A DNA stretch of 64,000 nt from Squalus acanthias (taxonomy: Eukaryota), in the NCBI GenBank assembly GCA_030390025.1, contig CM059432.1:39558001-39622000 (forward strand), written 5' to 3'. How positions within the stretch are numbered: the stretch's first letter is position 1; every line of letters starts with the position of its first letter. Shown here in pieces: positions 1 through 13,369 of this stretch. Position numbers and translations under genes: made by a program. The notes beneath the pieces were generated by a model. It ran no database searches, was not told the DNA's origin, and saw nothing but the letters and a program-made list of their open reading frames with translations.

Positions 1-1085
1 ACGACGTGAGGTGCATCTTGCTCCTGCGAGCCTGCAATGATAAAGCTGGAAGGGTTAGGGTGCAGCACATGTGGCCACTACAGGAGGATGTGTGTGATGA
101 GACCATATGGAGCTTGGGAGTGAGGATAGCTTTGGGTGATTAGGGATCAGGAATAGTTTTGCATCTGCAAGGAAGCTGCAGTGGCCGTATACCTCGAGGC
201 GAGATGCCCCTTGTTCTGCCTCTGGCCGTGGAGTCTGACACACTCCTCCCGATCACGGCCAGCACTGCCTCCTCAAGGGGAGTGATATCATGATGTCATG
301 CTTCCCCTCACCCAATCGGGTCTTGCTGTCGCCTGTTATGTGCTATTTTTTCCTGGAAGAGAAAGAATGGTGATTGTGAATGAGTGTATTGGCAGGTGTA
401 TTTGTGTGTGTGTGTGACGCCTCACATAGTTGAAGAGCTGTGAGATGTGAGTAGTGCCTGTGAAGGATGCAATAGTGTGGGGAGTGTGAATGTCAGTGTA
501 TAGTTAGATGGTGGATGAAGTGTTGACGTTGTGATGCTGGTGGTGGTGATGCAGTTATTGAAAAGTGTGCTTGTGAGATGGGATCTTACCTTGACCACTC
601 TTGTCAAGTCATTAAATTTCTTGTGGCACTAGACCATGTCCTGGGGTCAGGGCCCCTGACTGTGGCCTCCCGGGCTATCTCATCCCACATATGGCGCATC
701 AGCTGCCTCTGTGGCCTCCTTCCCCACTATGGGTAGAGGACAGCCCTCCTCCTCTCTACCTCCTCCACCAGGACCTCCAGTGCCACATCGGAGAACCCGG
801 GCAACCTCTCTCTTGCTCCTTGTGACATCCTTCCAATCTCAGCCATTGCACTCCACACCTTCAGTGGAAGTGGGTGAGTGCAGGCTACATATACAGCTCC
901 AGGAAAATTACATCTAATCAGCGCTTGAGTGCTAAACCTGCAGTTGTTGGTTTCAATGCCTGCAGGCATATTCAAATCATGATAATCATCAATTAATCTG
1001 AAAATTGTGCGCTAAATCCGGACTTTCAAACAGGCATTTCTTATTAGCACAGCTCCCATTTAGTGCCTGTTTTCACCCTATGCCC
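1..1085 (-). mobile_element. Decayed PIF/Harbinger element carrying the Myb/SANT-like DNA-binding gene (exon remnants ~590-830 and <=352)
   Basis: ORF 727..975 ends RERLPGFSDVALEVLVEEVERRRAVLYP. After a frameshift it continues CHKKFNDLTRVVK into a GTAAG donor (585-589). The next exon, after a CAG acceptor at 353-355, reads EKIAHNRRQQ...TPLEEAVLAVIG. Same motifs as the Myb gene at 44391-44625. Confidence 0.75.
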
Positions 1086-1603
1086 AAAAGAACCCCCTTT
1101 ATGTTTAAACCAGGTCAGAACATTCATTTACAGATCAATGCAGGATGTGGCCTGACAACTTTGGCAAGGGGCCAAAACTGTCTTGTCCCCTGAGTAAATC
1201 TTATATAGCTCAGACATAGAGCAATTCCATCTATTTCAATTGTAAGTCTATCAACTCTGTAAGAAATCTGTAATCCTTTAAGACAATTCTGAATGTTGCC
1301 CAGCAAATCAACACTTTTACAACTAGATTATTGGTCATTTGGTGATATGTGGTGGAGATTCCTTACCAGCTTAGATCACAAAGTCATTCCAACATAGCTT
1401 TGTAAATTTCTTGCTCCAATAGATACTTCAGTTTCAATTTCTGTTTCACAATTTCTACATCATAGTGAATATAGTGATAAAACACGCCATAGATTTTCAT
1501 GAGAACTGCCCGTTGCATTAATAACATAACAGGGCATACTGATTTCTGACAAAACTCTCCTCTGCTTAGCACATGATATGAAGTCAGAAAACAAAACTTG
1601 ACC

Positions 1604-2064
1604 ACATAGGAACAGGAGTAGCCCATTCAGCCCCTCGAGCCTGTTCCGCCATTCAATGTGATCATGGCTGATTTCTATCTTAACTCTATCCACCTGCCTT
1701 GGCTCCATATCCCTTAATACCCTTAGCTAGCAAAAATCTATCGCTCTCTGATTTAAAATTATTAATTGAGCTAACATCAATGCTTTTTGTGGGAGAGAGT
1801 CCCGCACTTATACCACGTTTTGCATGAAGAGGTGTCTCCTGACCTCTGCTGATTGGCCTGGCTTTGATTTTAAGGTGATCTCCCCTTGTCCTAGACAACC
1901 CCACCAGCGGAAATGGTTTCTCTCTATCTACCCTAATCAATTCCTTTTAAAATCCTCAATCAAATCACCCCTTAACCTTTTATATTCCAGGGAATACAAG
2001 TCTAGTTTATGTAATCTCTCCTCATAATCTAACCCTTGGAGCCCTGGTAACATTCTGGCGAATC
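1604..2064 (-). mobile_element. CR1 LINE 3' end fragment
   Basis: ORF 1686..1940 resembles the CR1 ORF2 C-terminus (VDREKPFPL...RTRGDHLKI). The 3' UTR (AATGGCGGAACAGGCTCGAGGGGCTGAATG) is shared with other CR1 copies here. Confidence 0.9.
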
Positions 2065-2619
2065 AGCAACAGCAGACACCAGTCAGGGAGGATAATTGAT
2101 AATGGAAATGCAATGGGCATCCTTGGATATGGACCCCATTTTTACAAAGTAGCAATTTGGTCCCACTTTTCTTGGGCAATATATCAGACTCAGACTACTA
2201 CACCCCATTAGCAATCACTGAGATGTTAGTGCTAGCTTTACTTTTCTATTATCAAATATGATCTGCACCTAGTCAAATGCTAAGACAACCTCATTGAATC
2301 CAATGATGACCATCCAATCTGCAGCTGTCAACCGGACTGCTGCTCTGGTGTTCCACAAGCACATGAGATGTCTACCCCAAAATGGCCACCACCACAAAGT
2401 AATCTGGGAATGATCACACTTGAAGCCTACATGCAGCTAAAAAGCCATGCACTACAGGCTAGCATCCCACAATGGAAAATAAATAAAACTGACAATAGGC
2501 TCGCAAGGCAAAGAACCTTCCAAAGCCTTAAAATAACAAAAAGGAGGAGCAGGTTGCCCTGAAATCAGGAAATATGCTTCTCCAGGTGTGATCACCCAAA
2601 TGTTATTTTTAGTAGCTTT

Positions 2620-2790
2620 GTTCTCAGGATGTTGGCGATGCTGGCAAAACAGCTTTCATTGGCCACCCCTAGTTGCACTGAAAAGTTGGTAGTGTATCTT
2701 CTTCTTGAAACGCTGCAGTCCTTTTGGTGATGATGCTCCCACAATGGTGTTAGGGAGAGATGTCAATGCTTTTGCCCCAGCAATAAAACC
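2620..2790 (-). mobile_element. Diverged 3' fragment of the L2/Crack-like LINE family seen at 22340-23204
   Basis: Nucleotide similarity to 22345-22510 (ggatgt...gctggcaa...ttgaa...cttcttgaa.cgctgcagtcc). Confidence 0.6.
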
Positions 2791-3074
2791 AGAAATAACT
2801 AAGGCCAGACGAGTGCTTGCAGGATACCTACCGATTAGACTTTCAAAGGGCAACAGGATAAATCTCTCACTCACTGTGAACTGACATTTGAACAGAGCTG
2901 AGTGTAGGTTTTGGGTCCTCCCACCCAGCTTTACCTTTTCAGTCTGCCATGTTTTTTTTACCCCATCCAACACATAGCAGCACAATAATTGACATTTAAA
3001 AATACCCTATTGCTATTTGAATTTAAGGATCTAGTACACTAATTTTCACAAATATTTCTTAAGATGTTAAACTT

Positions 3075-5208
3075 TTGAAAGAAATTAGTATTAGTAAAAA
3101 AATAGTGCTGGAGAAATTAATGGGACTGAAAGTCGATGAATCCCCTGGACTTGATGGCCTACATCCTAGGGTTTTGAAAGAAGTGGCTATAGAGATATTG
3201 GATGCATTGGTTGTGATTTTCCAAAATTCCATAGATTCTAGAACATTTTTTTGAGGTTGTAACTAGCAGAATGAATAAGGGGAAACCAGTGGATGTGGTG
3301 TATTTGGATTTTCAGAAGGCATTCGATAAGGTGGCACACAAGAGGTTATTAAACAAAATTAGGGCTCATGGGATTGAGGGTAATATACTAGCATGGATTG
3401 AGCATTGGTTAATGGACAGAAAACAGAGAGTAGGAATAAACGGGTCATTTTCAGGTTGGCAGGCTGTATCTAGTGGGGTACCGCAAGGATCAGTGCTTGG
3501 GCCTCAGCTATTCACAATCTACATCAATGATTTGGATGAGGGGACCAAATGTAATATATCCAAGTTTGCTGATGATACAAAGCTGGGTGAGAATGTAAGT
3601 GGTGAGGAGGATGCAAGGAGGCTTCAAGGGGATATAGACAGGCTAGTGAAATTTTCCAGGAGACATGATAAATGGAATATAATGTGGAGAAATGTAAAGT
3701 TATCCTCTTTGGTAGGAAAAATAGAAAAGCAGAGTTTTTTAAATGGTGAGAGATTGGGAAATGTTGGTGTTCAGGGGGACCTGGGTGTTCTTGTACACGA
3801 ATCATTGAAAGTTAACATGTAGGTACAGCAAGCAATTAGGAAAGCAAATGGGATGTTGGCCTTTATTACAAGAGGATTTGAGTATAAGAGTAATGACGTC
3901 TTACTGCAATTATATAGGGCCCTGGTGAGACCACACCTGGGGGGAAAAATTGAGTCGCACCCCCTTTGGGGCGCTAACTTCGCCCCCGCGGCCGAAATTC
4001 ATCGGTAGCACCCCAAGAGAGAAGCGGGGCGCTACTGGAAGCGCCCCGCCTCCCTCTTGGGGCGCTGTGAGGGAATATCACGGCGCTACGTGCCGCTGTA
4101 TTGCAGGCCTTCCTCCCCTTCTTAAAGGGGAGGGGCCTTGCACAGCGCGACCCGGGGCCCAGCTGGGCCACCAGGGATCGGAGTACCAGCAAAAGAGCCC
4201 AGCACTCAAGAGAAGTGCCGGGCTCATGGAGCACAGCCGGCACCCCGTGGGGGGGCTGCACAGGAGGACGGGGACGGCAACAGGGGCAGGTGCTGGCAGG
4301 TGGCTAGCAACAAAAATGGCTGCCCAGCACCTTGCCTTTAATTAGCGCCGCGCCGGCCGCAGGTAGGCCCCCCTGACCCCGTCTGACATAGCACCCGGCG
4401 GTAAATCAGGGGGCGCTACCGAAGATCGCGGCCGGGGCACGAGCGTGGCGCTGCACACGGCGATGACGTCATCACCGGCGGCGCAGCGCCGCGGGGCGCT
4501 AACGGTTACCGCCGCCGCTAACCTCCCACTGAATTTCGCGGGAGGTGTTGGAGGCGCCGCGCCCGGGCGCTAATTGCTTTGCGTCCCATAAACACCCTTT
4601 TAGGGCGCTAACGGGAGGCGCAAAGCAACCAAATTTTTAGGCCCTGGAGTATTGTGTACAGTTTTGGTCTCCTTACCTAAGGGAGAATATACTTGCCATA
4701 GAGGGAGTGCAACGAAGGTTCACCAGACTGGTTCCTGGGATGGGGGGATTGTCCTATGAGGAGAGATTGAGTAGACTAGGCCTATATTCTCGAGAGTTTA
4801 GAAGAATGAGAGGTGATCTCATTGAAACATATAAAATTCTCACAGGGCTGTACGGGGTAGATGTAGGGAGGATGTTTCCCCTGGCTGGGGAGTCTAGAAC
4901 CAGGGGTCACAGTCTCAGAATAAGGGGTCGGCCATTTAGGACTGAGATGAGGAGAAATTTCTTCACTCAGAGGGTGGTGAATCTTTGGAATTCTCTACCC
5001 CAGAGGGCTGGAGAGGCTCAGTCGTTGAGTATATTCAAGACAGAGATCGATAGATTTTTGAATATTAAGGGAATCAAGTGATACGGGGATAGCGCAGAAA
5101 AGTGGAGATGAGGTAGAAGATCAGCCATGATCTTATTGAATGGCGGAGCAGGCTCGAAGGACTGAATGGCCTACTCCTGCTCCTATTTCTTATGTTCTTA
5201 TGTTCTTA
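3075..5208 (+). mobile_element. CR1 LINE, 5'-truncated ORF2 (RT) plus 3' UTR, interrupted by a MITE
   Basis: RT motifs YLDFQKAFDKV, GVPQGSVLGP and FADDTK (ORF 3271..3822), C-terminal ORF 4707..5081, and (TTATGTTC)n tail at ~5190-5207. Confidence 0.95.
3940..4643. mobile_element. GC-rich PIF/Harbinger-type MITE (family B) inserted in CR1
   Basis: Splits CR1 ccacacc|tggagtattg. Imperfect TIRs GGGGGAAAAATT / GGCCTAAAAATT; 3-bp TSD (CTG, or TGG in the alternative register). Ends match 55906-56799 in inverted orientation. Confidence 0.85.
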
Positions 5209-5249
5209 CATTTTTATGAATGCATTTATAAATGAATGCATGATTAATT

Positions 5250-6035
5250 TTTAAGGGTAGCGTAGTGTACTATACATAGGAAGAGAAAATGGGCTACAAA
5301 CATACTCCATGGATGATACTGAAATAGATAAGGATGAAGTTGAAAAATACCTAGGTGCCTTAGTAGACTTGACATTCAAAATGTCCATCCAATACAGAGC
5401 AGCAATTAGCAAAGACAATAGAATGTTGAACTATATAGCCAGAATAGTAGAATCCAAGTTAGAGGAAGTCATGATGAAACTGTACAGTGCTTTAGTCAGA
5501 CCACACCTTGAGTACTGTGAACAGTCCTGGCCACTGAGATGTGACTTTGTATCATGTGGATGGTAGAAGGTTAACTAGATGAACCTTGGTCTTTCTTCGT
5601 CTAGCAATTCCTATGTTTCTAAAGGAACCATTTAAGCCCTGAAGGTGATGGAGTTTTAGAGGCCTCAGTTATGTGGAAAGGCTGGAGAAGCTGGAGCTCT
5701 TCATCCTTGAAAGGAGATATCTGAGAGGGATGCAAGATTGTAAACAGTATAGAAAAGGTAAATTTTAAAAATTACTTTAAATTAATTAACAAGAGCAGAA
5801 CAAAGGGTCACATATTTAAAATAGTAAAAGACAAAATTAGAACTGAAATTAGGAAGTTTTTCTTCACAAAGAGTGATCAACACTTGGAATAGACGCCCGT
5901 ACAGAATAGTGGAGGCAAAATCCCCACAGTTATTTAAGAGCCAATTGGATGCTGCAATGGGGGTCATTCTGAATGGAAGAACAAAGATGAGTCAATTGGC
6001 CTTCCTCATCATTCATTATTTTGTGATCTTGTAAA
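5250..6035 (+). mobile_element. Two old CR1 3' fragments
   Basis: ORF 5309..5566 contains LYSALVRPHLEYC. Second fragment has RTRGH-like and FFTQRVINTWN-like coding remnants. Confidence 0.75.
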
Positions 6036-6050
6036 GTGCAACAATACTAT

Positions 6051-6939
6051 GGGCTGGATTTTGCCGGCGCTCAGAGGGCGGGTTTGGAGGCGGGTCCATT
6101 GTCAAAATAGCAATGATTGAGAGTGGGTAGGAAACCCGCTGTCAACCCGCCTCCATGCAAGTCTCCCAGGTGTCAGGTCTGTCAGCGGAGAACTGACCCG
6201 ACACCAAGCGGCGGGGGAGACAATTGAGCTCGTTAAATGGCTTGTTAACTGCCAATTTAATGGTATTTTGAGGCTTCCTTTCAATTTTAGGCGACCCCCC
6301 ACTGGTTACCCGCTGCTCGGGGAACATGCCAGCTCACCCTGGCGTGAGTTGAGTCTGCTCTGATGTATCTGATAGGCTGACAGCTGCAGAAGTGGTGTAA
6401 AGGATGCCATGTTGCAGATGGTCAGTTTCAGAGTGCAGAAACTGTTGGTTACTGCATTTGTAAGACATATAGACTGGGTCATTGAATATATTTAAGGTGG
6501 AGATAGACAGATTTTTGAACAATAAGGGAGTCAAGGGTTATGGGGAGCGGGCTGGGAAGTGGAGTTGAGGCCAAGATCAGATCAGCCATGATCTTACTGA
6601 ATGGCGGAGCAGGCTCGAGGGGCCAAATAGCCTACTCCTGCTCCTCTTTCTTATGTACGTTCTTATGTTTGCAGCACCTCAATGCTGTCAAACACTGACA
6701 GACCAACTGTCAAACGTAATGTGGCCATAGTCCCTTTAAGGAAACCGGCTGATGATGCATCATCAAATGACATCATCAGACCCACTTCCTGTTAATTGGC
6801 CGGGAAGCCCACAGGGCGGCTTAACAAGGCCAATCAAGGGAAAATCCCTTTGACAGAGCGGCTGCAGCCGAGAGCAGGACCGGAACCCGGCAAACAGCTA
6901 TCTCGCCACCATCTCGACACCACTGAGAAAATCCAGCCC
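6051..6939. mobile_element. Non-autonomous PIF/Harbinger element (family A) with a nested CR1 3' tail (~6470-6670)
   Basis: 12-bp TIR GGGCTGGATTTT / AAAATCCAGCCC; flanks TAT/TAC. Subterminal sequence is shared with 19175-20001, 37682-39686 and 52690-53363. Confidence 0.85.
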
Positions 6940-7608
6940 TACATTAATGTTATCTATAGGAAATAATATTAAATAAGCAACTCTTTTGTTACAGCTTAAT
7001 ATATTCTCATCTCCACATTCTCCCTTTGTAGTTTCCTTGGCCATTAATCAAATGTGTAAAGTGTCACTCACTCATTAGGAGTGGCACTTATTAATTTTGA
7101 TGAAACTTACTTTGATGTATGTCACTCTCAACAATAAACAGTTCTGTTTATTTAAAATAGTTTGCAATCTATTTCACTCTTTATGCTCGCAAAAATAACA
7201 TTTCCTTGATGTTGACAGCTTGATGCTAAGCTGAGCATTATTTTCCTCAGGTTTTATCTGTACTCAGCAGATTAAAAATTGGGGAACTAACATTAGCATC
7301 ACTGAAAGCACTGCTTTAATCGATAGGTGATCACACAGAATAGAGGAGCAGATAAATCTAAACTTGACTTGTCAAGAAGAGACTCAAACATGCCCGGCGG
7401 TGTCCAATTTAGAGAAGACAATGTCGGCAGACTTGCAAGCAATTATGAGTGAGTGACTGAGTGAGATCCAAGGCTTTGAGCCGAGGTGTGTGGTGATGTT
7501 ACTTTCTCCTACTCAGGCTGTTGGATGGGGAGCCCCTCATGTAATAGTGGCTTCCTGCAGTTGAATGCTTTGCAGGTACTTAAAGCCAGATCTGCTTTGA
7601 AGGAACAA

Positions 7609-7804
7609 AAGTGAGAAGTCGCACAACACCAGGTTATAGTCCAACAGTTTTATTTGAAATCACAAGCTTTCGGAGCGGCTGCTCCTTCATCAGGTGAAGT
7701 CAGGTGAAGCTTGTGATTTCAAATAAAACTGTTGGACTATAACCTGGTGTTGTGCGACTTCTCACTTTTGTCCACCCCAGTCCAACACCGGCATCTCCGC
7801 ATCA
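7609..7804 (+). mobile_element. Short fold-back Penelope-like (pLTR) insertion
   Basis: 65-bp inverted arms (7605-7669 / 7707-7771) plus a one-sided tail matching 27734-27763. 12-bp TSD TTGAAGGAACAA (7597-7608 / 7805-7816). Confidence 0.9.
7660..7697 (-). ncRNA. Minimal type I hammerhead ribozyme motif
   Basis: Minus strand reads UCAC-CUGAUGA-A-GGAGC-AGCC-GCUCC-GAAA-GCUU-GUGA: canonical core, 5-bp stem II, 4-bp stem I and palindromic AAGCUU stem III. Confidence 0.8.
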
Positions 7805-10800
7805 TTGAAGGAACAAGACCACAAGTATGTTCAGCAATGTTACTGGAACCCAAAAGCTTGCACAGGTCAGAGCCCCTGAAATACCCTGAAACCCCAAATG
7901 GACCATGGATGAACCCATGTTGCAGCAAAGAAATGGCCTGTTCCATGGAAGGCTAAGGTAAGATCATTCTAAATTAGTTGTCGATACTTGCTCCCCTACT
8001 ACGAATAGGTCCCAGAGTATCAAATAGCATTAAAACTGACATCATATCACTGGGACACAGGGCTTATACTAGAATGCTTATATATGTAGTTATACAAGGT
8101 TGGTGTGGGACTAGGGCTGGGACTGTTGTGTGGTACTGCTAATCATAGATCCTGCAAGGTATTCAGCAGGGGAATAGTCACTGTGTAGTAAATAAATAAA
8201 CTGTGTTTGTTACTACAATCTCTGACTCCATCAATCGTTTCATTCATGATCTAACACAGCCCATGGTCTGCAAGTTGTATAGTCTCAAAAGGTTGAAACT
8301 ATGCACTAGATTAAATGGCAAAACTTGAATGGGAAAATTCAGCAATAAAAAGTGAAGACTATATTATCTTTTTTTAAATGTCTCAGATTGTATTAGACTT
8401 TATAACATAATCTTGGGGGTTTAAAATTGCCCTGGAATTGTATCAGCAGAACTCTGCAAAAGCTATAACCTTGTAACACACTCCAAGCCACTTTTTATGC
8501 TCTGTATAATCTTCTCCTGCTCCTAAAATTATCTTTCCTCCTCCTTTCCTCTTTCCTTCCTTCCTCTCTTTCTTTTATGTATTGCTGAAGTTTAACAACC
8601 ACCAAGTTCATACAAGCACATGTAACAGATGTTTTCTATCTTACCTTCATGGAGTTACCCTGATAATAGTCCAGAAATATCACACTGTAGTTCCAGAAAA
8701 CAGAGCATAGTTTTAAAAACTTTAATTTTATGGAATTAGGAGGCAGGTTTCTGTTTTCAAAGAAGTAACTTCATATTCACAGCCTTTTCCCTGACTGTAC
8801 TATCCTGACAGCTATTTGGTTCTGCCCTGTCACTTTTAATTTCTTTCTTCGTTCTGCCCTTTATTTCCAAAGGGCATTTTGGAAGTTGGAAAACATTGCT
8901 GAAAACATATTGCAAAATTATCTACCAATCTCACATACTTGACAAGTAAGAATTAGTTGTTCTTTTCCATCAACTAATGTGACAGGTATCAGAAAGGTCA
9001 TTTTCTTCATTTTTAATCACTTTCTACTTTATCTCTGTGACATATTCACAGGAACATATTCTGAATGAGCAAGTTTCATTTTAAGGCTAAATCCTGCTAT
9101 AAATTGAAGGTGACAGTACAGTGCTAATCCAAGGAAAATTATAGTGATGAAGACTAATCTTTTGTAATAAAGAGCTAAATAGCTGCATAATTGGCTGGAG
9201 AACTGTCAGCTATGAGAAAATATTTTTTTTCTCCATTACATGCTAATTAGCATCAAGTATTGCTTGCTGACGTCACACACTTCAATTTAATCCTTGGAAA
9301 AATTAATAAAAAGGTTTTCTGTGGTACTTCAACATGGTGCACCATTGTGCACTGAATATGCTGTGAAAATGATCGCATTTTAATTTGAAACACATCCCTG
9401 CAGCAGATTGATCTAAAGACATGCCAAATCCGTTCTGATTAATCTTAATCCAGTCCTTGAATGTCTCTGCCATTTGAACAAAATAAAAACAAGTCTAAAG
9501 GTATATCAAAATAAATATTCATTGGAGTTTCATACTATAAAATAAACAATTATTATTCACATCATTGATATGGCCTCAACTGTGCAATAATCCATTATTA
9601 CACACCGCTAGTCTCTTCAGAAACCTTGGGGTCAATAGTTTACAGGTACAATTCTTAACTTCAATCATATATATATACATATAAATATATTATATACACC
9701 AAACTGTTTGCTGCTATGGATGTGCTGTACCTAGTTGAAACATAATCAGTTGGCACAGGCTCAGCCAACATGAGCTAACTCAGGATAATGTGCATTCATG
9801 CTCCATGAAATTTTATATACTTTTGCTGATCATTACTTAAGATTGTTTTGTATTAACTTTGGCAGACCTTACCTTGGCTCCCAAATTAAAAGGGATGATG
9901 TATTTCCTCTTATTTATTATTTGCAATGGACTACTGAAGAAAAAAATGGAGCCCACTAAGAGATATATGCCTAGAAGTCAAAATTGTGCCTGCCAGAAAT
10001 AACAGCAAAGAGCTTACACTGGTGCCTCATTAACTTGTGGGAAAGAGTTCCCATAGGAAACGATAGGGTGCAAATAAATTCAAACCATTTCAAATTTGAA
10101 AGTTTAACCAAAGCCAAATTTGTAAAACAGAAGAGGCTCAATAACACTGTAACCTTATGTTGAGGGTCCCATAAATTTATCGTGAATGTTCTTAACAAAA
10201 TAATTGCTCATTGCTAGACATGGACATTGAGCAACAAATCCTAATGAAATATAAATGCTCACATTTCGTCTACATGTTATTTCGTTTTGTTTTATAAGTG
10301 TTGCTCTAATAATATGTGACTGACACCTACATCTGAGCCTGAAGTATGAGTATTTCATAAACTGGGCAGCCAAAGTATGAGGTATGCTTTGCCCAAAACC
10401 AGGATCTTGGCCTTCAAAAAAAAACTTTATGATATGGCGATTTACTATGTAGCTGTAAGTCTAAGGCAGCATGGATTATAAGTGAAAGGTACAGCTCGTT
10501 GGCTGGCATTGGTGAGGGCTTGCAGAACAGAGCAATCACAAAAATATTATTCCTTCTGAAAAATTAAGGTTAATGTAATATTTCATGCTAACAATGTGCG
10601 CACTCAATATTTGACATCTCATCCAAGAGGTGTTGGCAGTTTGGCAAACCTTTTTTTATTCAAGTACAAGTTCCTGACAGTTCATAGATATCACTACAAC
10701 TAAGATAACTATGGCCTGTGATGTGAACAATGATTGAAACTTAGGTAAATTGTGTTTATGTAAACTTTTTTGAAGGTATCAGTTAATGATTGTAAATTAA

Positions 10801-10824
10801 TTCCTCATTATAATGCTCTCTGAT

Positions 10825-11220
10825 AGCTCATCAGATAGCTCACGAGGTAGCTTAATGGGGAGTTGAACTGCCAGGGTAACACTGAGTGATGCAGTCTAGA
10901 AAGATCCCAACTTTGATCCCTGATCTATACTGAGTTATCTGGGCTTTGGTGAGCTTGGGCTGAGAAGGGAAAAATCAGTCAAGGTTCCTACTCCTGATCA
11001 CAGCCCCTGCTGTAAACTGCACATACGCATGCATCTGTTGAGGATAGGCTCAGGCTCAGATCACCCTGTGGGTGGACAGCCTGCCAGCACTCACCACCTA
11101 ACCTCACACATAAAGAATGGACACTTGAACAAGACACCAGAGGCATGCTGGCACTTGTATAATCATACCCAGCATGAATCATCACTTTCGGGACACGATA
11201 GGAGGGAAGAAGAGGGTATA
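10825..11220 (+). repeat. Old SINE-like interspersed repeat; second diverged copy at ~23530-23870
   Basis: Shared blocks cccctgctg, agcct(g/a)cca(g/a)cactcac and cactt(g/a)aacaaga(c/t)acca in both copies. Family not identified. Confidence 0.55.
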
Positions 11221-11868
11221 AAAGTGGACGATAAATGATACGCTCTCACAGCCAAAAGCCCGAATATGACATTAACTTTATAGGGTCATAGTGGAGACTA
11301 CATTGTACAATTACACTAAAGGTTTATGTTTGAAATAGGATCCTGCTTGGAGCAAGTGTTCATTAAAATCAAGATTAATTAAAAAATCAAATTGTTATAA
11401 TGAGCAATACAATCTAAGCAAATATAACAGAACACAAAAGCAATTAGAGAGGAAATCTTCCTGATCTTGTGCATTGCCAGCAGGAATGGTGCACTGCAGG
11501 GGATCCCACTGACTTGTAGTGCAGGGACATTTCTGCCAGAACTGATTATTTTGTTGCTAATTATATATTCATGGCAAGCTTCTGACCACACAGCAGGCTG
11601 CCTGTGGGAAGTGCCCCACACTGACAAGGAAATTTAAACCAATTTTTTTTTAAGTATTCCATTTCATATCAACTGAAGAAAAGGGGTTTAAAAAGTTACT
11701 CTATGGGGCAGATTTTCCTGTTCCTGCATCTGATTATGTTTGATCGCCTGGGTGCAGCTGTATCGAGGAAAATCAAGCACTGATGGAAATATTCTAATTT
11801 CGGTGGGCGAAGAGTGCACACTAAACATTGGGCAGGCTTCCTAATGGGTGTCAACTTTCCTCTAACAT

Positions 11869-13367
11869 AACAACAACAACAACTTGTATTTATATAGCGC
11901 CTTTAACGTAGTAAAACGTCCCAAGGCGCTTCACAGGAGTATTAAAAGACAAAAAATTAAACACCGAGCCACATAAGGAGAAATTAAGACAGGTGACCAA
12001 AAGCTTGGTCAAAGAAGTAGGTTTTAAACAGTGTCTTAAAGGAGGAAAGAGAGGTAGCGAGGCGGTGAGGTTTAGGCAGGGAATTCCAGAGCTTAGGGTC
12101 TAGGCAACAGAAGGCATGGCCACCAATGGTTGAGTGATTATAATCAGGGATGCTCAAGAGGGCAGAATCAGAGGAGCGCAGATATCTCGGGGGCTTGTGG
12201 GGCTGAAGGAGATTACAGAGATAGGGAGGGGCGAGGCCATGGAGGGATTTGAAAACAAGGATGAAAATTTTAAAATTGAGGTGTTGCTTAACCGGGAGCC
12301 AAAGTAGGTCAGCGAGCACAGGGGTGATGGGTGAACGGGAGTTGGTGCAAGTTAGGACATGGGCAGCCGAGTTTTGGATGACCTCAAGTTTAGGTAGGGT
12401 GGAATGTGGGAGGCCAGCCAGGAGTGCTTTGGAATAGTCAAGTCTAGAGGTAACAAAGGCATGGATGAGGGTTTCAGCAGCGGATGAGCTGAGGCAAGGG
12501 CGGAGACGAGCAAGGTTACAGAGGTGGAAATAGGCGTTCTTAGTTATGCTGCAGATATGTGGTCGGAAGCTCATTTCAGGGTCAAATATGACACCAAGGT
12601 TGCGAACAGTGTGGCTCAGCCTCAGACAGATGTTAGGCAGAGGGATGGAATCAGTGGCTAGGGAGCGGAGTTTGTGGCGGGGACCGAAAACAATGGCTTC
12701 GGTCTTCCCAATATTTAATTAGAGAAAATTTCTGCTCATCCAGAACTGGATGTCGGACAAGCAGTCTGACAATTTAGAGACAGCGGAGGGGTCGAGAGAA
12801 GTGGTGGTGGGGTAGAGCTGGGTGTCTTCATCGTACATGTGGAAACTGACGCTGTGTTTTCGGATGATGTCACCAAGGGGTAGCATGTAGATGAGAAATA
12901 GGAGGGGGGCCAAGGATAGATCCTTGGGGGACACCAGAGGTAACGATGCGGGAGTGGGAAGAGAAGCCGTTGCAGGTGATTCTCTGGCTACGATTAGATA
13001 GATAAGAATGGAACCAGGTGAGTGCAGCCCCACCCAGCTGGAGGACGGTGGAGAGGCGTTGGGGAAGGATGGAGTGGTCAACCATGTCAAAGGCTGCAGA
13101 CAAGTTAAGAAAGATGAGGAGGGATAGTTTACCTTTGTCACAGTCACAAAGGATGTCATTTGTGACTTTGAGAGCCGTTTCGGTACTGTGGCAAGGGCGG
13201 AAACCTGATTGGAGAGATTCAAACATGGAATTGCAGGAAAGATGGACACAGATTTGGATGGCGACAACATGTTCAAGGACTTTGGAGAGGAAAGGGAGGT
13301 TGTAGATGGGGCGGTAGTTTGCAAGGACTGAGGGATCAAGGATTGGTTTATTGAGGAGAGGGGTGAC
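11869..13367 (-). mobile_element. L2 LINE, 5'-truncated
   Basis: ORFs 12870..13424 (QSGFRPCHSTETAL, GVPQGSILGP) and 11984..12574 (AETLIHAFVTSRLDY, LLWLPV). L2-type 3' end AAAGGCGCTATATAAAT followed by a (TTG)n tail. Confidence 0.92.
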
Positions 13368-13369
13368 AT

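Noticed and set aside
3950..4345. GC-rich ORFs and CpG-island-like segments in MITEs (also 14158-14853, 56130-56594)
   Set aside because: They lie within TIR/TSD-bounded insertions; chance ORFs in GC-rich DNA, not host promoters or genes.
7340..8256. Possible LTR remnant ending AATAAA...CTAACA
   Set aside because: No matching TG start or TSD could be found.
8640..8700. Possible 40-nt minus-strand exon (VIFLDYYQGNSMK followed by GTAAG)
   Set aside because: Plausible splice signals only; no recognisable protein and no partner exons.
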